Part shown: positions 50,635 through 61,211 of the stretch, in pieces
Layout of the letters: each line of letters begins with the position of its first letter
How positions within the stretch are numbered: position 1 is the stretch's first letter
DNA from: an uncultured Planctomycetaceae bacterium
Lineage (GTDB): Bacteria > Planctomycetota > Planctomycetia > Planctomycetales > Planctomycetaceae
Length of the DNA: 64,000 nt
Assembly: GCA_963813715.1 (NCBI GenBank)
Contig: CAWFAK010000009.1
Span: forward strand, 320,001-384,000
Reading direction: 5' to 3'
Made by a program: the position numbers and the translations under genes
Notes under the pieces: generated by a model
The model's input: the letters and a program-made list of their open reading frames with translations, nothing else
Told to the model about the DNA's origin: nothing
The model's database searches: none

Positions 50635-52154
50635 CCTGCCGCCCGGAAACCGCTTTTGTCGTCGCGGTTGTAGCCGTAAGCGCTTGCCGTGACGCGGGCC
50701 AGTCCGACGACTTCCCGCCAGCGGTATTTCGGGCGGATCGTGCGATACTCCTCGCGGACGGTGTGGAAATACTTCTCGCCATGCAAGCGGCCGTCCTCGC
50801 TGACGGCGTACTTCAGCATCAGATCGAAGACCGGCTCGACTGCGTAGCCCTGTTCGCCGTAAATCTCGATCGCGGCGGCGGAACGTCCCTGGTTGTTGGC
50901 GCGGATGGCGTCTTCCGCCTCCGCCAGCAATCGACTGGCGTCGCGCGTCTTGATCTGCGCGCGGTGCTCGTCCGTCGGATAGGCGGGCGTCTGGAACGGC
51001 GGCGACTGGATGCCCGCATGATAAGCCGCGACGATCAAGCCGGCCGCGGTGAACTTCGGGTCGGCCACGCGGACCATGTTACGCCAGGCATTCGTCGCGT
51101 CGGACGAGTGCACGCCCGCGGCGTCACCGTGTGTTCTCCACTTGTCCGGCCCCTGTCGCAGCACGTAAAGATTCGACGCGAGAGAGATCGCCTCCCCGAT
51201 GCACTCCGGATCGATGCCGTCGGCGAGCGCCGCGGCCACGGCGTCGGCGGCACGCTCGCGCGGACCGAAGTAAACGGTCCGGCTGAGTTCGTCGACCGCG
51301 GCGTCACCCGGATCGCGTTTGCCCAGCGCCTTGCCCGCCAGCTTGTATTGGTCGAGCAGCTTCGGCAGGACCTTGCGAATGGGCGATTCGGCTTGCTTGT
51401 GCTGAACCCGCTGTCGCTCGTGATCGGCGCAAAGCCGGACGCACTGTCGCAGCAGCGAGTACGAATACTGCGAACCCAGCAGGTTCACCAAGCCGTAGGT
51501 TCGATGCGCAAATACGAATCGGTGGACATTGAGATCGTCCTGAATCGCAGGCTGGAGTGCGTTGAACATTTCGAGGGGCGACTGGCCCACGGCCGCCAAC
51601 ACTTCCTCGCCCTTCTTCGGATCGACGCGGCGACAGGCATCGCGAATCTGCACGCCGGCGTCTCCGACCGCCACGTGCTCCGCGTGCTCGGCCGCGTGGA
51701 GTGCGTGCAATTCGGTTTTGGACGCGCCTCCCACCGACTGAATTTGCTGAGCGTTGCGGTAAATGACCTTCAACACGGGCAACGCTTGTCGATTTCCGGC
51801 GAGCAGTCCGCTCATCCCCAGCGCGGGCAACATGGCCATCGCCGTATGAAAGCCGACGTAGTCGCAGCCGCCGAACGTCACGGCGTTTGCCAACGCGGCG
51901 GCGGACGTGAGTTGCTTCAGATCGGTATCACCCTTGAGGATTCTCGTCGCCAGCAGCGGCTGGAGTTTTGCCGCCGGGGTGCTCCTCATCAGCTCGACCA
52001 GCGCCTCGTGGTCGCCGAGCGGGATCGCATCGGATCCAGCCGCGGCAAACGCGGTCGAAAACCCAAGGTCATTGGCGAGCGAGGCACCCAGGCCGGCAGC
52101 TAGCATGCCACGGCCGACATCCGATAGAAACTCGCGACGATTGGCAGGAGACAT
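50595..52154 (-). CDS. Tat-exported hypothetical protein with spaced His motifs
   Basis: NRREFL twin-arginine signal; motifs GFHTAM, NVHRFVFAHR, THGDAAGVHS, DGRLHGEKY. Confidence 0.8.
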   Translation of the reverse strand: MSPANRREFLSDVGRGMLAAGLGASLANDLGFSTAFAAAGSDAIPLGDHEALVELMRSTPAAKLQPLLATRILKGDTDLKQLTSAAALANAVTFGGCDYVGFHTAMAMLPALGMSGLLAGNRQALPVLKVIYRNAQQIQSVGGASKTELHALHAAEHAEHVAVGDAGVQIRDACRRVDPKKGEEVLAAVGQSPLEMFNALQPAIQDDLNVHRFVFAHRTYGLVNLLGSQYSYSLLRQCVRLCADHERQRVQHKQAESPIRKVLPKLLDQYKLAGKALGKRDPGDAAVDELSRTVYFGPRERAADAVAAALADGIDPECIGEAISLASNLYVLRQGPDKWRTHGDAAGVHSSDATNAWRNMVRVADPKFTAAGLIVAAYHAGIQSPPFQTPAYPTDEHRAQIKTRDASRLLAEAEDAIRANNQGRSAAAIEIYGEQGYAVEPVFDLMLKYAVSEDGRLHGEKYFHTVREEYRTIRPKYRWREVVGLARVTASAYGYNRDDKSGFRAAGYVDACKLLGVEA

Positions 52155-52321
52155 GCGCGTGCTCCGTTCAACGGACTGACGAGAGAGAGTGGCAGGCAAC
52201 TCAAACGGCGGCTTCAGTATACCCTCCGAAGGTGCAATGAGAATCCGCTGCCGAGCGATTAAAATGTGCCGACGCCAGTCAAAAGCGAAATCAATCGACC
52301 GTTCGTCGCCGAGATCACTTC

Positions 52322-53152
52322 ATGTTCAGTCGCAAATCAATCCTCGATCGACTGCGGGCGAAGGTTGCTGCGGGCCAGCCGATCATCGGCGGCGGCGCAG
52401 GCACGGGGCTCAGCGCGAAGCTCGAAGAGGCCGGCGGGATCGATCTGATTGTGATCTACAACTCGGGCCGCTTTCGCATGGGCGGACGCGGGTCGCTCGC
52501 CGGGATGATGCCCTACGGCGACGCCAACGCCATCGTGATGGACATGGCTCGCGAGGTGCTGCCGGTCGTCGCGAAGACCCCGGTGCTGGCGGGCGTTTGC
52601 GGCACCGATCCGTTCCGGGTGATGCGGCTGTTTCTCGAAGACGTGCGGCGGGCCGGTTTCTCGGGCGTACAGAACTTTCCGACGGTCGGCCTGATCGACG
52701 GCGTCTTTCGCCAGAATCTGGAAGAGACCGAGATGGGCTTCGGTAAGGAGGTGGACATGATCCGCCTCGCGGACGAACTCGATCTGCTCACCACGCCCTA
52801 CGCATTCAACGACGACGAGGCGCGGGCGATGGCCGAGGCGGGCTGCGACATTTTGATTCCCCACATGGGGCTGACGACCAAAGGATCGATCGGGGCGAAG
52901 ACCGCCCTCACGCTGGAAGAATCGGCCAAACGCGTGCAGGCAATGCACGACGCGGCCAAACGCGTGAATCGCGACGTGTTGGTCCTCTGCCACGGCGGAC
53001 CAATCGCCGAACCGGCCGACGCGCAATACATCCTCGACCACACCGAGGGGATCGTCGGCTTCTACGGCGCCAGCAGCATGGAACGGCTGCCCGTCGAACC
53101 TGCCATTACGAACCGCATCCGGGAGTTCGGGCAAATCCGCTTCCGCAGTTGA
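52322..53152 (+). CDS. Phosphoenolpyruvate hydrolase-like TIM-barrel protein (Tm-1 C-terminal-like)
   Basis: [59 protein letters not shown]. Confidence 0.92.
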   Translation: MFSRKSILDRLRAKVAAGQPIIGGGAGTGLSAKLEEAGGIDLIVIYNSGRFRMGGRGSLAGMMPYGDANAIVMDMAREVLPVVAKTPVLAGVCGTDPFRVMRLFLEDVRRAGFSGVQNFPTVGLIDGVFRQNLEETEMGFGKEVDMIRLADELDLLTTPYAFNDDEARAMAEAGCDILIPHMGLTTKGSIGAKTALTLEESAKRVQAMHDAAKRVNRDVLVLCHGGPIAEPADAQYILDHTEGIVGFYGASSMERLPVEPAITNRIREFGQIRFRS

Positions 53153-53249
53153 TGCAACGGTCTCAGATTCGCAGTTGAATGCCGTTGACGTTGCTGCCGC
53201 AGGCACAGGGTGGCCCTGCCACCCGCAGGCACGAGGTGGCCCCGCCACC

Positions 53250-54758
53250 TCACCAGGCGAGTTCGCCACCGACAAAGGGACCTTGCAGGGTGAGCGTGCC
53301 GTTGTCGGCAATAAAGTTTCGCGCGTTCTGCATGGTGGGGTTGGTGTCGAGCTGATCGGGGGCCAGTGCGAGGCCGTCGATGAACAGAAACGTGTAGCCG
53401 CCGCGGATGGTCAGGTGATCGGTGGCCAGATACGAGAGCGTGAACGTCAGATCCCAGGCGCTGGCGAACTGCACTTGGCGATCCGAGCGTTGGTCGTAGG
53501 TGTCGCCGCTGTTGAAGAGCAAGTTCTTTTGCTCGGCGAAGTTGGCGTAGATCCCGCCGCGGCAATCGATTCCCAGATAGAGCTTCGGGAACCACAGGTC
53601 ATGCGTGTACTCGGTGCCGAGCTGGAAGCCGACGAGGTTGTTGTTGGTCCAAGTGCGATAAAACCCGTTGCCATTGGGATCGGTGTTGGTGGAATTGTCG
53701 AAAGCCGCGAGCTGGAACAGATCGCCGACGTTCATGTAGCGGAAGCCCGCCAGCACGGAGGTCGTGCCCCAGATGGCGTGGCGCACGCCCAATTCGAAGC
53801 TGTTGAATTGCGACTCGTACGAGGCGATCTGCACGTTGGAACCCGTGAAAGCGGCCGTGTCGAACGCCCCGAAGCCAGGTCCCCAGTAAGGCAACAGGGG
53901 TCCGAGCCCGTTGGCACCGGTGGGAAAATTGGGCGTGCCGTTGCGGCGATCCCAATCGACGGCCCCGTAATAGGTCGCTTCGATCATCGTGGTATCGGTG
54001 ATGTACCGCCCCAAGGTGACCCGGGCGCCCGGTTCGAGCGGGTACGTCACGGTATCGGTGCTTAAGAGAAAGCGAGCGTTCAGCGGGTCTTTTGCGTTAT
54101 TGAGGTTCTCGTACGCCGTCAGATTGTGATCGTCCGGACGGCTGCGAGTCAGCCAGACCGAATCGCCCCGCAAATACCAGCTCGGACGCGGTGGCGCGCA
54201 GCTGGCGGCGAGTCCGCCCGGAGCGCCGCCACTGTAGGGATCGCATCCGGGCCCCGGGACACCGGCACCGTAGGGTCCGGGACCGTATGGACCGGCGACC
54301 CCTGCGTCGGGGCCGCAGCCATATCCGGTCTGTGGGCCGGCCATCATCGGCTGGGGAATGTTTGCGTTGGGCCAGTTGGGATTGAGCGCGGGAGGACCGC
54401 CCGGCGTGGGGGCGGTCAGCATTTGCTGGGGATTGGCAGGCGAAGCGTTCGGGGCCGGTGCCATGCCGGCCGTCAGTTGCAGTTGATACCCCGTCATGGC
54501 GGGCTGAAGCCCGTTCATGTCGGTCGGAAGACCCGCCGGGCTGCCGTAAGATTGCCCGGGAACAACCTGAGGTTGCTCCGGACCGCCCGCATAAACGACG
54601 CCGGATTCGTTGGGCTGACCGGCAAAATCCGCCATTTGCGCCGGCGAGAAACCCAGATCATTAGCCGAGTTTTCCTGCGGCGCTATCTGCTGGGCCAGGG
54701 CGACCGGAGTGGCGCCGGCCAGGAGGGACAGGCCGAGGACGAGGGGCCTCAGATTCAT
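53250..54758 (-). CDS. BBP7-like outer-membrane beta-barrel protein with Pro/Gly-rich N-terminus
   Basis: Signal peptide; GARVTLG, LAGFRY, NNLVGFQLG, IRGGYTFLFIDGLALAPDQ; C-terminal GGELAW aromatic end. Confidence 0.8.
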   Translation of the reverse strand: MNLRPLVLGLSLLAGATPVALAQQIAPQENSANDLGFSPAQMADFAGQPNESGVVYAGGPEQPQVVPGQSYGSPAGLPTDMNGLQPAMTGYQLQLTAGMAPAPNASPANPQQMLTAPTPGGPPALNPNWPNANIPQPMMAGPQTGYGCGPDAGVAGPYGPGPYGAGVPGPGCDPYSGGAPGGLAASCAPPRPSWYLRGDSVWLTRSRPDDHNLTAYENLNNAKDPLNARFLLSTDTVTYPLEPGARVTLGRYITDTTMIEATYYGAVDWDRRNGTPNFPTGANGLGPLLPYWGPGFGAFDTAAFTGSNVQIASYESQFNSFELGVRHAIWGTTSVLAGFRYMNVGDLFQLAAFDNSTNTDPNGNGFYRTWTNNNLVGFQLGTEYTHDLWFPKLYLGIDCRGGIYANFAEQKNLLFNSGDTYDQRSDRQVQFASAWDLTFTLSYLATDHLTIRGGYTFLFIDGLALAPDQLDTNPTMQNARNFIADNGTLTLQGPFVGGELAW

Positions 54759-54934
54759 GGAATCTCCGCGGCATTCATCAGCCCCCCGCAGATGCCTGAA
54801 GCGCAATCGATACAACGCGCAGAGTCCGCGCGTTTGTCGCCATCGATACTATCGACAAAGTCGACCCGCGAATTTGAGCGAACTTTGCGGGCGAATTGTG
54901 AAGAGCCGGTCAGCAAACGCCCGGTTGAGCGACT

Positions 54935-55591
54935 TTAGGGCGTTCGCAGAAGCTGGGCGGCCCGGCGGACATAGAGCACGCCGCTGCCGAGGGTAAAGAG
55001 CACGGCCAGCCACAGCAGCACATCACGAAGCATCCCAAACCAGGGCATGGTCGACGTGACGGCCGGGCTGAGCGCCAACAGGCACGCGCCGACGGCGAGG
55101 CACTGGACCACCATTTTGATCTTGCCGCTCATCGTCGCGGAAAAGTCCTTGCCCTGCTGCTCGAGAATTGCCCGCAGGCCGGTGATGAACATTTCGCGGC
55201 CGATGATGATCAACGTCATCCACGGGCCGACGCCCGAGGAGGCAATGGGCAACAGAAAGATGAACGCCCCGCAGATGATGATTTTGTCGACGAACGGATC
55301 GAGAATGCGTCCAAGCGTCGTCACTGTGCCGTAGCGCCGGGCAATGTACCCGTCGACCGCATCCGTGGCCGCCGCCACGATAAACACGGCGGTCGACGCC
55401 AGCCACATGCCGCCGTAAGAAATCATCCCGAATAAGACGAAGGCCAGGACGAGCCGGCTGACGGTGATGCAATTGGGAAGATTGAGAGCCCGGGCATCGA
55501 TCGGGCCGTAGCGATTGTCACGGGCGACCGGTTTGTCGACGGTATTGTTCGTGGCGGTGTTGTTTGTGACGGTGTTGTTCGTGGTCGTCAT
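54935..55591 (-). CDS. pgsA: CDP-diacylglycerol--glycerol-3-phosphate 3-phosphatidyltransferase
   Basis: NLPNCITVSR, DAVDGYIARR..GRILDPFVDK, GREMFITGLR, GKIKMVVQ; directly after rimO. Confidence 0.95.
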   Translation of the reverse strand: MTTTNNTVTNNTATNNTVDKPVARDNRYGPIDARALNLPNCITVSRLVLAFVLFGMISYGGMWLASTAVFIVAAATDAVDGYIARRYGTVTTLGRILDPFVDKIIICGAFIFLLPIASSGVGPWMTLIIIGREMFITGLRAILEQQGKDFSATMSGKIKMVVQCLAVGACLLALSPAVTSTMPWFGMLRDVLLWLAVLFTLGSGVLYVRRAAQLLRTP

Positions 55592-55750
55592 GAAAGCGAG
55601 CCGCGTGCCTCTTCGACCTCGGGCGTCAGTTCCTGACTGCTTCAGTCTGCCGGGAAAGGCGGGAGTTGACCACCCCAACCGGATCCACGTTCAAAACGGG
55701 CGATTCATGAGCCGAAACCCAAACCCGATCGGCTTCTTGCTCCCACTTAA

Positions 55751-57157
55751 TTATTGCACGATCCCGGTCAAGTCGTAGCCCTCTCGACCAGTAATTACGA
55801 CAGGCACGAATTGTCCCGCGGACGCCACGTCCTCCGCCGCCGTCTCAGCTCGTTGAACGCGGACACAGCCATCGATTTCCGGCGCGTCGGCAAATGTGCG
55901 GCCGACGAATCCTCCGTCCTCGGACTCTTCGTCGATCAGCACGTCCAGTTCGTATCCAATCAACGACTCGGCGTGCTCGAACGCGATCGGCTGCTGCAGG
56001 GCCATCAGCGCCTCGCGACGCTCGGTTTTTACCGTTTCGGGCACATGTCCGTCGAGCTTGACTGCCGGCGTGCCCGGCTCCAGCGAATACGTGAAGACGC
56101 CCAACCGTTCGAACCGGGCCTCGGTCAAGAAGTCGGCCAGCTCGGCAAACTGCCCGTCAGTCTCGCCCGGGAACCCGACGATGAACGTGGTGCGGATCAC
56201 GACGTTGGCAATCCGCTCCCGCAATTTCTCCAACAGCTCGACCGTCTGAGCGCGGTTGACGCGGCGCTGCATCCGCCTGAGCACGGCATCGTTGATGTGC
56301 TGCAGCGGCAGATCCAGATAGGGGATGATCTTCGAAGAATTGGCGATGGTGTCGATCAATTCATCGGTGAAATGGATCGGGTAGAGATACAACAACCGGA
56401 TCCAATCGATGCCGTCGATCTTCTCCAGCTCGCGCAACAGCTCAACCAGGCGAACCCGACCGTAGAGATCGAGGCCGTAATAGGTCGTATCCTGCGCGAC
56501 GATGTTCAATTCGCGAACGCCGTCCGCCGCCAGCTCGCGGGCCTCGGCGACGACCATCTCGATCGGCTTGGTAATGTGCTTGCCACGCATCTTGGGAATC
56601 GCGCAGAAGGTGCAGGTGCGGTCGCAACCTTCCGAGATTTTGAGATAGGCGTAATGCCGCGGCGTGATCCGCAGCCGGGAGCGATCGTCGAGCGCGACAA
56701 TCGGGGCCGGCCGGAACAACTCGCGCTGCTCGCGTGCTCCGCCAATCAAGTGGTCGGCCACGCGGTTGATTTCGTCGCGGCCGAAGACGCCGACGATGTG
56801 GTCGATTTCCGGCAATTCGTCCAGCAGGGCCGGACCGAGCCGTTGGGGCAAACACCCGGCAACGATCACGCCCCGCGTGCGGCCCGCCCGCTTGAGGTCG
56901 AGCATCTCCCGGATCACGGCTTTCGACTCGGCCCGCGAGCTTTCGATGAAGCCGCAGGTGTTCACGATGACGAAATCCGCCCCGTCCGGGTCGCTCACCA
57001 GCGTGTAGCCGTCGAGAGCCAACACTCCCAGCATTTTCTCGCTATCGACCAGGTTCTTGGGACAGCCCAGGCTGACGAAGGCATAACTCCCCTTGGAGGC
57101 ACCGTCGCCAGCGGCCGTCTCGGCAGTACGTTCGGTCGAAATGATGGGCAATTGCAT
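55751..57157 (-). CDS. rimO: Ribosomal protein S12 methylthiotransferase
   Basis: SLGCPKNLVDSE, NTCGFI, YLKISEGCDRTCTFCAIP, DAPEIDG (TRAM end). Confidence 0.96.
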   Translation of the reverse strand: MQLPIISTERTAETAAGDGASKGSYAFVSLGCPKNLVDSEKMLGVLALDGYTLVSDPDGADFVIVNTCGFIESSRAESKAVIREMLDLKRAGRTRGVIVAGCLPQRLGPALLDELPEIDHIVGVFGRDEINRVADHLIGGAREQRELFRPAPIVALDDRSRLRITPRHYAYLKISEGCDRTCTFCAIPKMRGKHITKPIEMVVAEARELAADGVRELNIVAQDTTYYGLDLYGRVRLVELLRELEKIDGIDWIRLLYLYPIHFTDELIDTIANSSKIIPYLDLPLQHINDAVLRRMQRRVNRAQTVELLEKLRERIANVVIRTTFIVGFPGETDGQFAELADFLTEARFERLGVFTYSLEPGTPAVKLDGHVPETVKTERREALMALQQPIAFEHAESLIGYELDVLIDEESEDGGFVGRTFADAPEIDGCVRVQRAETAAEDVASAGQFVPVVITGREGYDLTGIVQ

Positions 57158-57369
57158 GTCGATGTCGGCGATTCAAAAAACACGGTCGCGATAGGTTTCC
57201 AAGGATCTTATCGGACTCGGCAAGGCCGGCATAGGCTGCCGCGCACAGGGCCGCTCGCCCCAAAGCGAGCAGCCGCAACCGGTTTGCCCCGGCCAGCCGT
57301 CCTCGGCTCAAATTGGAGTTCCAGCAAGTCCGGCGTTGTGGCGACCGGTTTTCCGCTCGGCTAGATTAA

Positions 57370-58810
57370 ATGAACCAACGTCTACCGTCTGAAGGATTTT
57401 CCCATCTACTGCCCCGCGTGCAACGAACGCTTCATGCAGGCCCGCGACACCGAGTGTTGTCCCCGGTGCGGGGCCACGGTGGTGGGCATTGGGACGTCGA
57501 ACCTCGCGAGAACGCTGTTTGTGCGGGAGGCTCCGATCGGGGCCGCCCAAGCCGGCTGCGTCGACGACATTGAGGAGCAAAAGGACGAGCTGCTGGGGAC
57601 GCAACTGCACGTCTATCGCTGCGAAGCCCTGCTGGGTCGGGGAGCGATGGGACGTGTCTACCTGGCCCATCACCAGGACTTGGGACGCAATTGTGCGCTC
57701 AAGGTCCTCTCGAAGCGCGTGTGGCAGACCGACCTTGAGTATGGCAAACGGTTCGTCAGCGAGGGGCGGACCGCTGCGGCCCTCGTGCATCCGAATATCG
57801 TCACGACCCACGCGATCGGCGAAGCCCGCGGTTATCGCTTCCTGGAAATGGAATTCGTCCCCGGTCGCAGCCTGCAGGAGTTGATCGAGCACGAGCAGCG
57901 GCTCGTCCCCTCCCACGCAATGTCGCTGATTTTGCGGATTGCCGAGGGGTTGGCCGCCGCCCATCGCAAGGGGATCATTCATCGGGATCTTAAGCCGGAC
58001 AACGTCCTCGTCTCCGTGCAGTCGGTGCCGAAAATCGCCGACTTTGGACTGGCCAAACGGGTCTGGTCCGAACGGGACGAGGGCGAACTCCTGGTAGGCA
58101 CGCCCCACTACATGGCGCCGGAGCTGTTTAACGGCGAGCCGGCGACCGCAGCCAGCGACGTCTACGCCTTGGGCGCCTGCCTGTTCGTCATGCTCACGGG
58201 GCAGGTTCCGTATCCGTGCGGATCGATCCAGGCGTTGGCGGAGCGAGTGCAGGACGAATCCCTGCCTGACTTTCGGCAGCTGGGCGTCGAGGTGCCGCTG
58301 GAGATTGCCGACTGCATCGACCAGCTGATGTCCAAAACACCCGCCAATCGGCCCAGCGACGCCGGCGGAGCTCTGCAGCTTTTGACGGCCGTGGCCGGGG
58401 ACGTTCCGGACGTCGAGAGTTTGTTGGCCACCGCCTTTGGCAGCCAGCCGAACGTCACGTGGTCCCGGTGCGGCGAAAAATGCTGCGTCGAAGTTCGCCT
58501 GCCCGAGGGGCGGCGGCAGACCGTGCTTATCGAGCCGAGTGCCCATCCGGTCGCTGACCGGTTGCTGTTACTCTACAGCCAGTGCGGCGACGCGCGTCCG
58601 GAGTATTTCGAGAAGGGGTTGCGACTCAATGGCCTCATGGCACACGGGGGACTCGCCATCCGGGAGATTGCGGGAACTCCCCAATTCGTGATGATCGACA
58701 CTTACCCCCGCGCCACAGTCGACGCGGAAGAGATCCGACGCAGCGTGCTCGAACTGGCGAGCCAGGCGGACGCCGTCGAAAAGCTCTTGAGCGGCGTCGA
58801 CCGCTATTGA
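57370..58810 (+). CDS. Ser/Thr protein kinase with N-terminal Zn ribbon and C-terminal YbjN-like domain (probable 1-nt indel near 57400)
   Basis: CPAC..CPRC; GRGAMGRVY, ALKV, HRDLKPDN, DFGLA, GTPHYMAPE, SDVYALG; tail RRQTV..LRLNGLMAHG..QADAVEKLLSGVDRY. Confidence 0.92.
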
Positions 58811-58860
58811 ACGACTCTTGAATCGACTACAAGCTCGAAGGCCGAGCGAAGAGAGGCACG

Positions 58861-60008
58861 ATGCGGTCAGGGCCGAGTCACCCTAAGCGAGGCCGGCGAA
58901 TCTCTGTCACGCTGCTGGTGACGAGCTGCGCCCTGCTCACCCCGCTTGTGCTCTGCGCATCGTTCTGCGGCATGGGAGCGAACTACAAAGGCCAATTGGG
59001 CTTGCTCGAGCCCTACCGCGCCGACGAGCGATGAGGCGATAGCCCTCATCCCGATCGAGTACGCGATTGACGAACACGAGCCAAATGACGTTATCTTCGT
59101 CGGCGACAGCACCTGCCGCAGCGGCCTCGATCCGCGACTCTTCCAGAAGTTATCGGGGCTGACGGCCTACAACTTAGGCAGCTCGGGAAGCCTCAGCATC
59201 TGGGGGCAGTTCGCGACTCTCACAGCCTACCTGGCACACCATCCGGCACCGCGCCGTCGTGCTCTGCATGTCGCCGGTTAATGTGCTGCAGATCCAGCGG
59301 GCACCCGAGGGATCGCCCGGCGCAGCCCCGACGGTGGTCGAAACGACGGCCGGTGCGCTCTATGAGAGATTCCTGAGAATCTACGGAACTCCCAATTTTC
59401 GCCGGGGCATTTTCGCCGACGGGACCAGCTCGCTGCGGTATTTCATCAATCGCGGCATGTCGATCGCCCAAGGCCAGCTGACGGCGTGGGTGAGCGGCCA
59501 AACTCACGATCGTCTGGACGATTCGCTTTATGGTTACGAGTCAGAAACCTACCGCACGCTCAGCGACAAGATGCGACAATCCCACGGCTTTTTCCTGCTG
59601 CCGAGAACTCACGGGGATGCCGTGGGAATTTTGGAGGCACTCTCCGAACCGCATTCCGTAAATTCGTGGATAGACGATGGCGTGCGGGCATTCGCCGGGC
59701 TGGCTCAGAAGCACGGATTTCGCCTGCTCATTCGCCTAGGCCCCCTTTCGCGAGATCAGGCTCCCTGGGACAGCGAGTGCATTCCGGCGTGGCTCAAGCG
59801 ACTCGAAGGGGAGTTTCCGCAAGTCTCGGCCAGCCGTCCGGAAGTCCTGTGGTACGACCGGCAGGTCTGTTGGGACTCCATCCATGTGAACGCCAGCGGC
59901 GTAAAACTGTTCACAGGTGCAACCGCTCGCGACGTAATGAATCTTGTCGGAACCCGACAAGCGAGCCATTCCCGGCAGGAATCTGCAAAACGCACGCAGA
60001 GGCAATAA
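58861..60008 (+). CDS. SGNH-hydrolase-like membrane-anchored protein (frameshifted)
   Basis: VIFVGDSTCRSG, AYNLG, and C-terminal WDSIHVNASG (DxxH); ORFs 58946..59281 and 59259..60008. Confidence 0.7.
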
Positions 60009-60167
60009 TGTCCGCAGCCTTTGCCAAAGCGTTAGCCGTTGGCCAGCCGGACTGACGCCCGGCCTCGCCGCCGAGAGGCCACAAAAGCGGCCGCGATGCC
60101 AAAGAGCAAGGGTCCCCTTTGTCGAAACCCAATGCGTATACTCGGTTTGGGGTGCCCAAACCGTTTG

Positions 60168-60197
60168 TTGACCGCCGATTTCCGGGGCTGGTATAGT
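60168..60197 (+). promoter_or_regulatory. Putative sigma70 promoter
   Basis: TTGACC-N18-TATAGT with an extended -10 TG. Confidence 0.55.
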
Positions 60198-60221
60198 TGA
60201 TTTGGGCCATTCTGAAGCATC

Positions 60222-61133
60222 GTGCCAGCCCCTCTTGTGGTCCCCGGAAATTCTTTGAGGGCGTACTCTCAGCGAGCCGAACGGATTCCGGCTGAAAGCG
60301 CCACGGAGCCGTTGATGCCGCGCATTTGCCGGAACTTATCGAGCTTGCCACTTTTCGCCGGCCTGCTGGTGGGAGTTGCGTCCCTGGCCCCCGCTCCGGT
60401 CGCCGCTGCGCCCGATAACGGTTACTCGACCGTGATCGAGCCTCAGTTCACCGGCGAAGAACTGCGCTACCAGCAGGATCTGTGGGCGGTGGAAGTCGCC
60501 GTCAAGCCGATGCGCATGGTCTACGTTCAGGTGCGCAACCCGAAGACCGGCGAAAAATCGAGCGAGATGATCTGGTACCTGGTCTACAAGATCGTCAATC
60601 GCCCAGTTGTCCATCTTGGCACACCGGATACCGATCCCGTCAACGTGGAAGATGCGCCGCCGCCGCGGATTTTCTCGCCGAAAGCGACGCTGGTCTACAA
60701 CGACCGCGATTTGCACGGAGCCGTCGTCGATTCGATCGTGCCGGAGGCGATGCAGGCGATTCTTGCCCGCGAAGGTCGCGACTTGAAGACGGCCGTCCAG
60801 ATTGACTTGAAGACGGCCGTCCAGATTACCGGTCCGCTGCCTCCGGTCACGCCGGCCGATGCGAAGAAGGAAAACGCTGAATACGGCGTCCTGATGTTCC
60901 GCGGTGTGAATCCGCGAACCACGACGTTTTCGGTCTATTTGTCCGGCTTCTCGAACGCGTACAAAACCGGCAAGGCCGAATCTGGTCAGACGCCCATTCT
61001 GCGGCGAACGATCGTGATTCCCTATCGGCGCCCCGCGGACGAATACGATCAGTTCGAGAAAGAGATCCACCAGGTGGGCTCGCCGAAATGGCTCTACGTG
61101 CCGGATGAAGCCGCCGCGAAGAGCGCGAGTTAG
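60222..61133 (+). CDS. Secreted planctomycete hypothetical protein (start may be ATG 60315)
   Basis: Signal peptide FAGLLVGVASLAPAPVAA; KPMRM..IWYLVYKIVN..SGFSNAY; codon bias. Confidence 0.75.
   Translation: MPAPLVVPGNSLRAYSQRAERIPAESATEPLMPRICRNLSSLPLFAGLLVGVASLAPAPVAAAPDNGYSTVIEPQFTGEELRYQQDLWAVEVAVKPMRMVYVQVRNPKTGEKSSEMIWYLVYKIVNRPVVHLGTPDTDPVNVEDAPPPRIFSPKATLVYNDRDLHGAVVDSIVPEAMQAILAREGRDLKTAVQIDLKTAVQITGPLPPVTPADAKKENAEYGVLMFRGVNPRTTTFSVYLSGFSNAYKTGKAESGQTPILRRTIVIPYRRPADEYDQFEKEIHQVGSPKWLYVPDEAAAKSAS
60780..60827 (+). repeat. Perfect 24-bp in-frame tandem duplication (DLKTAVQI x2)
   Basis: GACTTGAAGACGGCCGTCCAGATT occurs twice in a row. Confidence 0.95.
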
Positions 61134-61211
61134 GGCAGACACGGAAGAACGGCTTTTCCAGGCCAGCGGCACTCTCCAGAACGCCGCCCATTTGGCTCCC
61201 GAGACGCGCCT

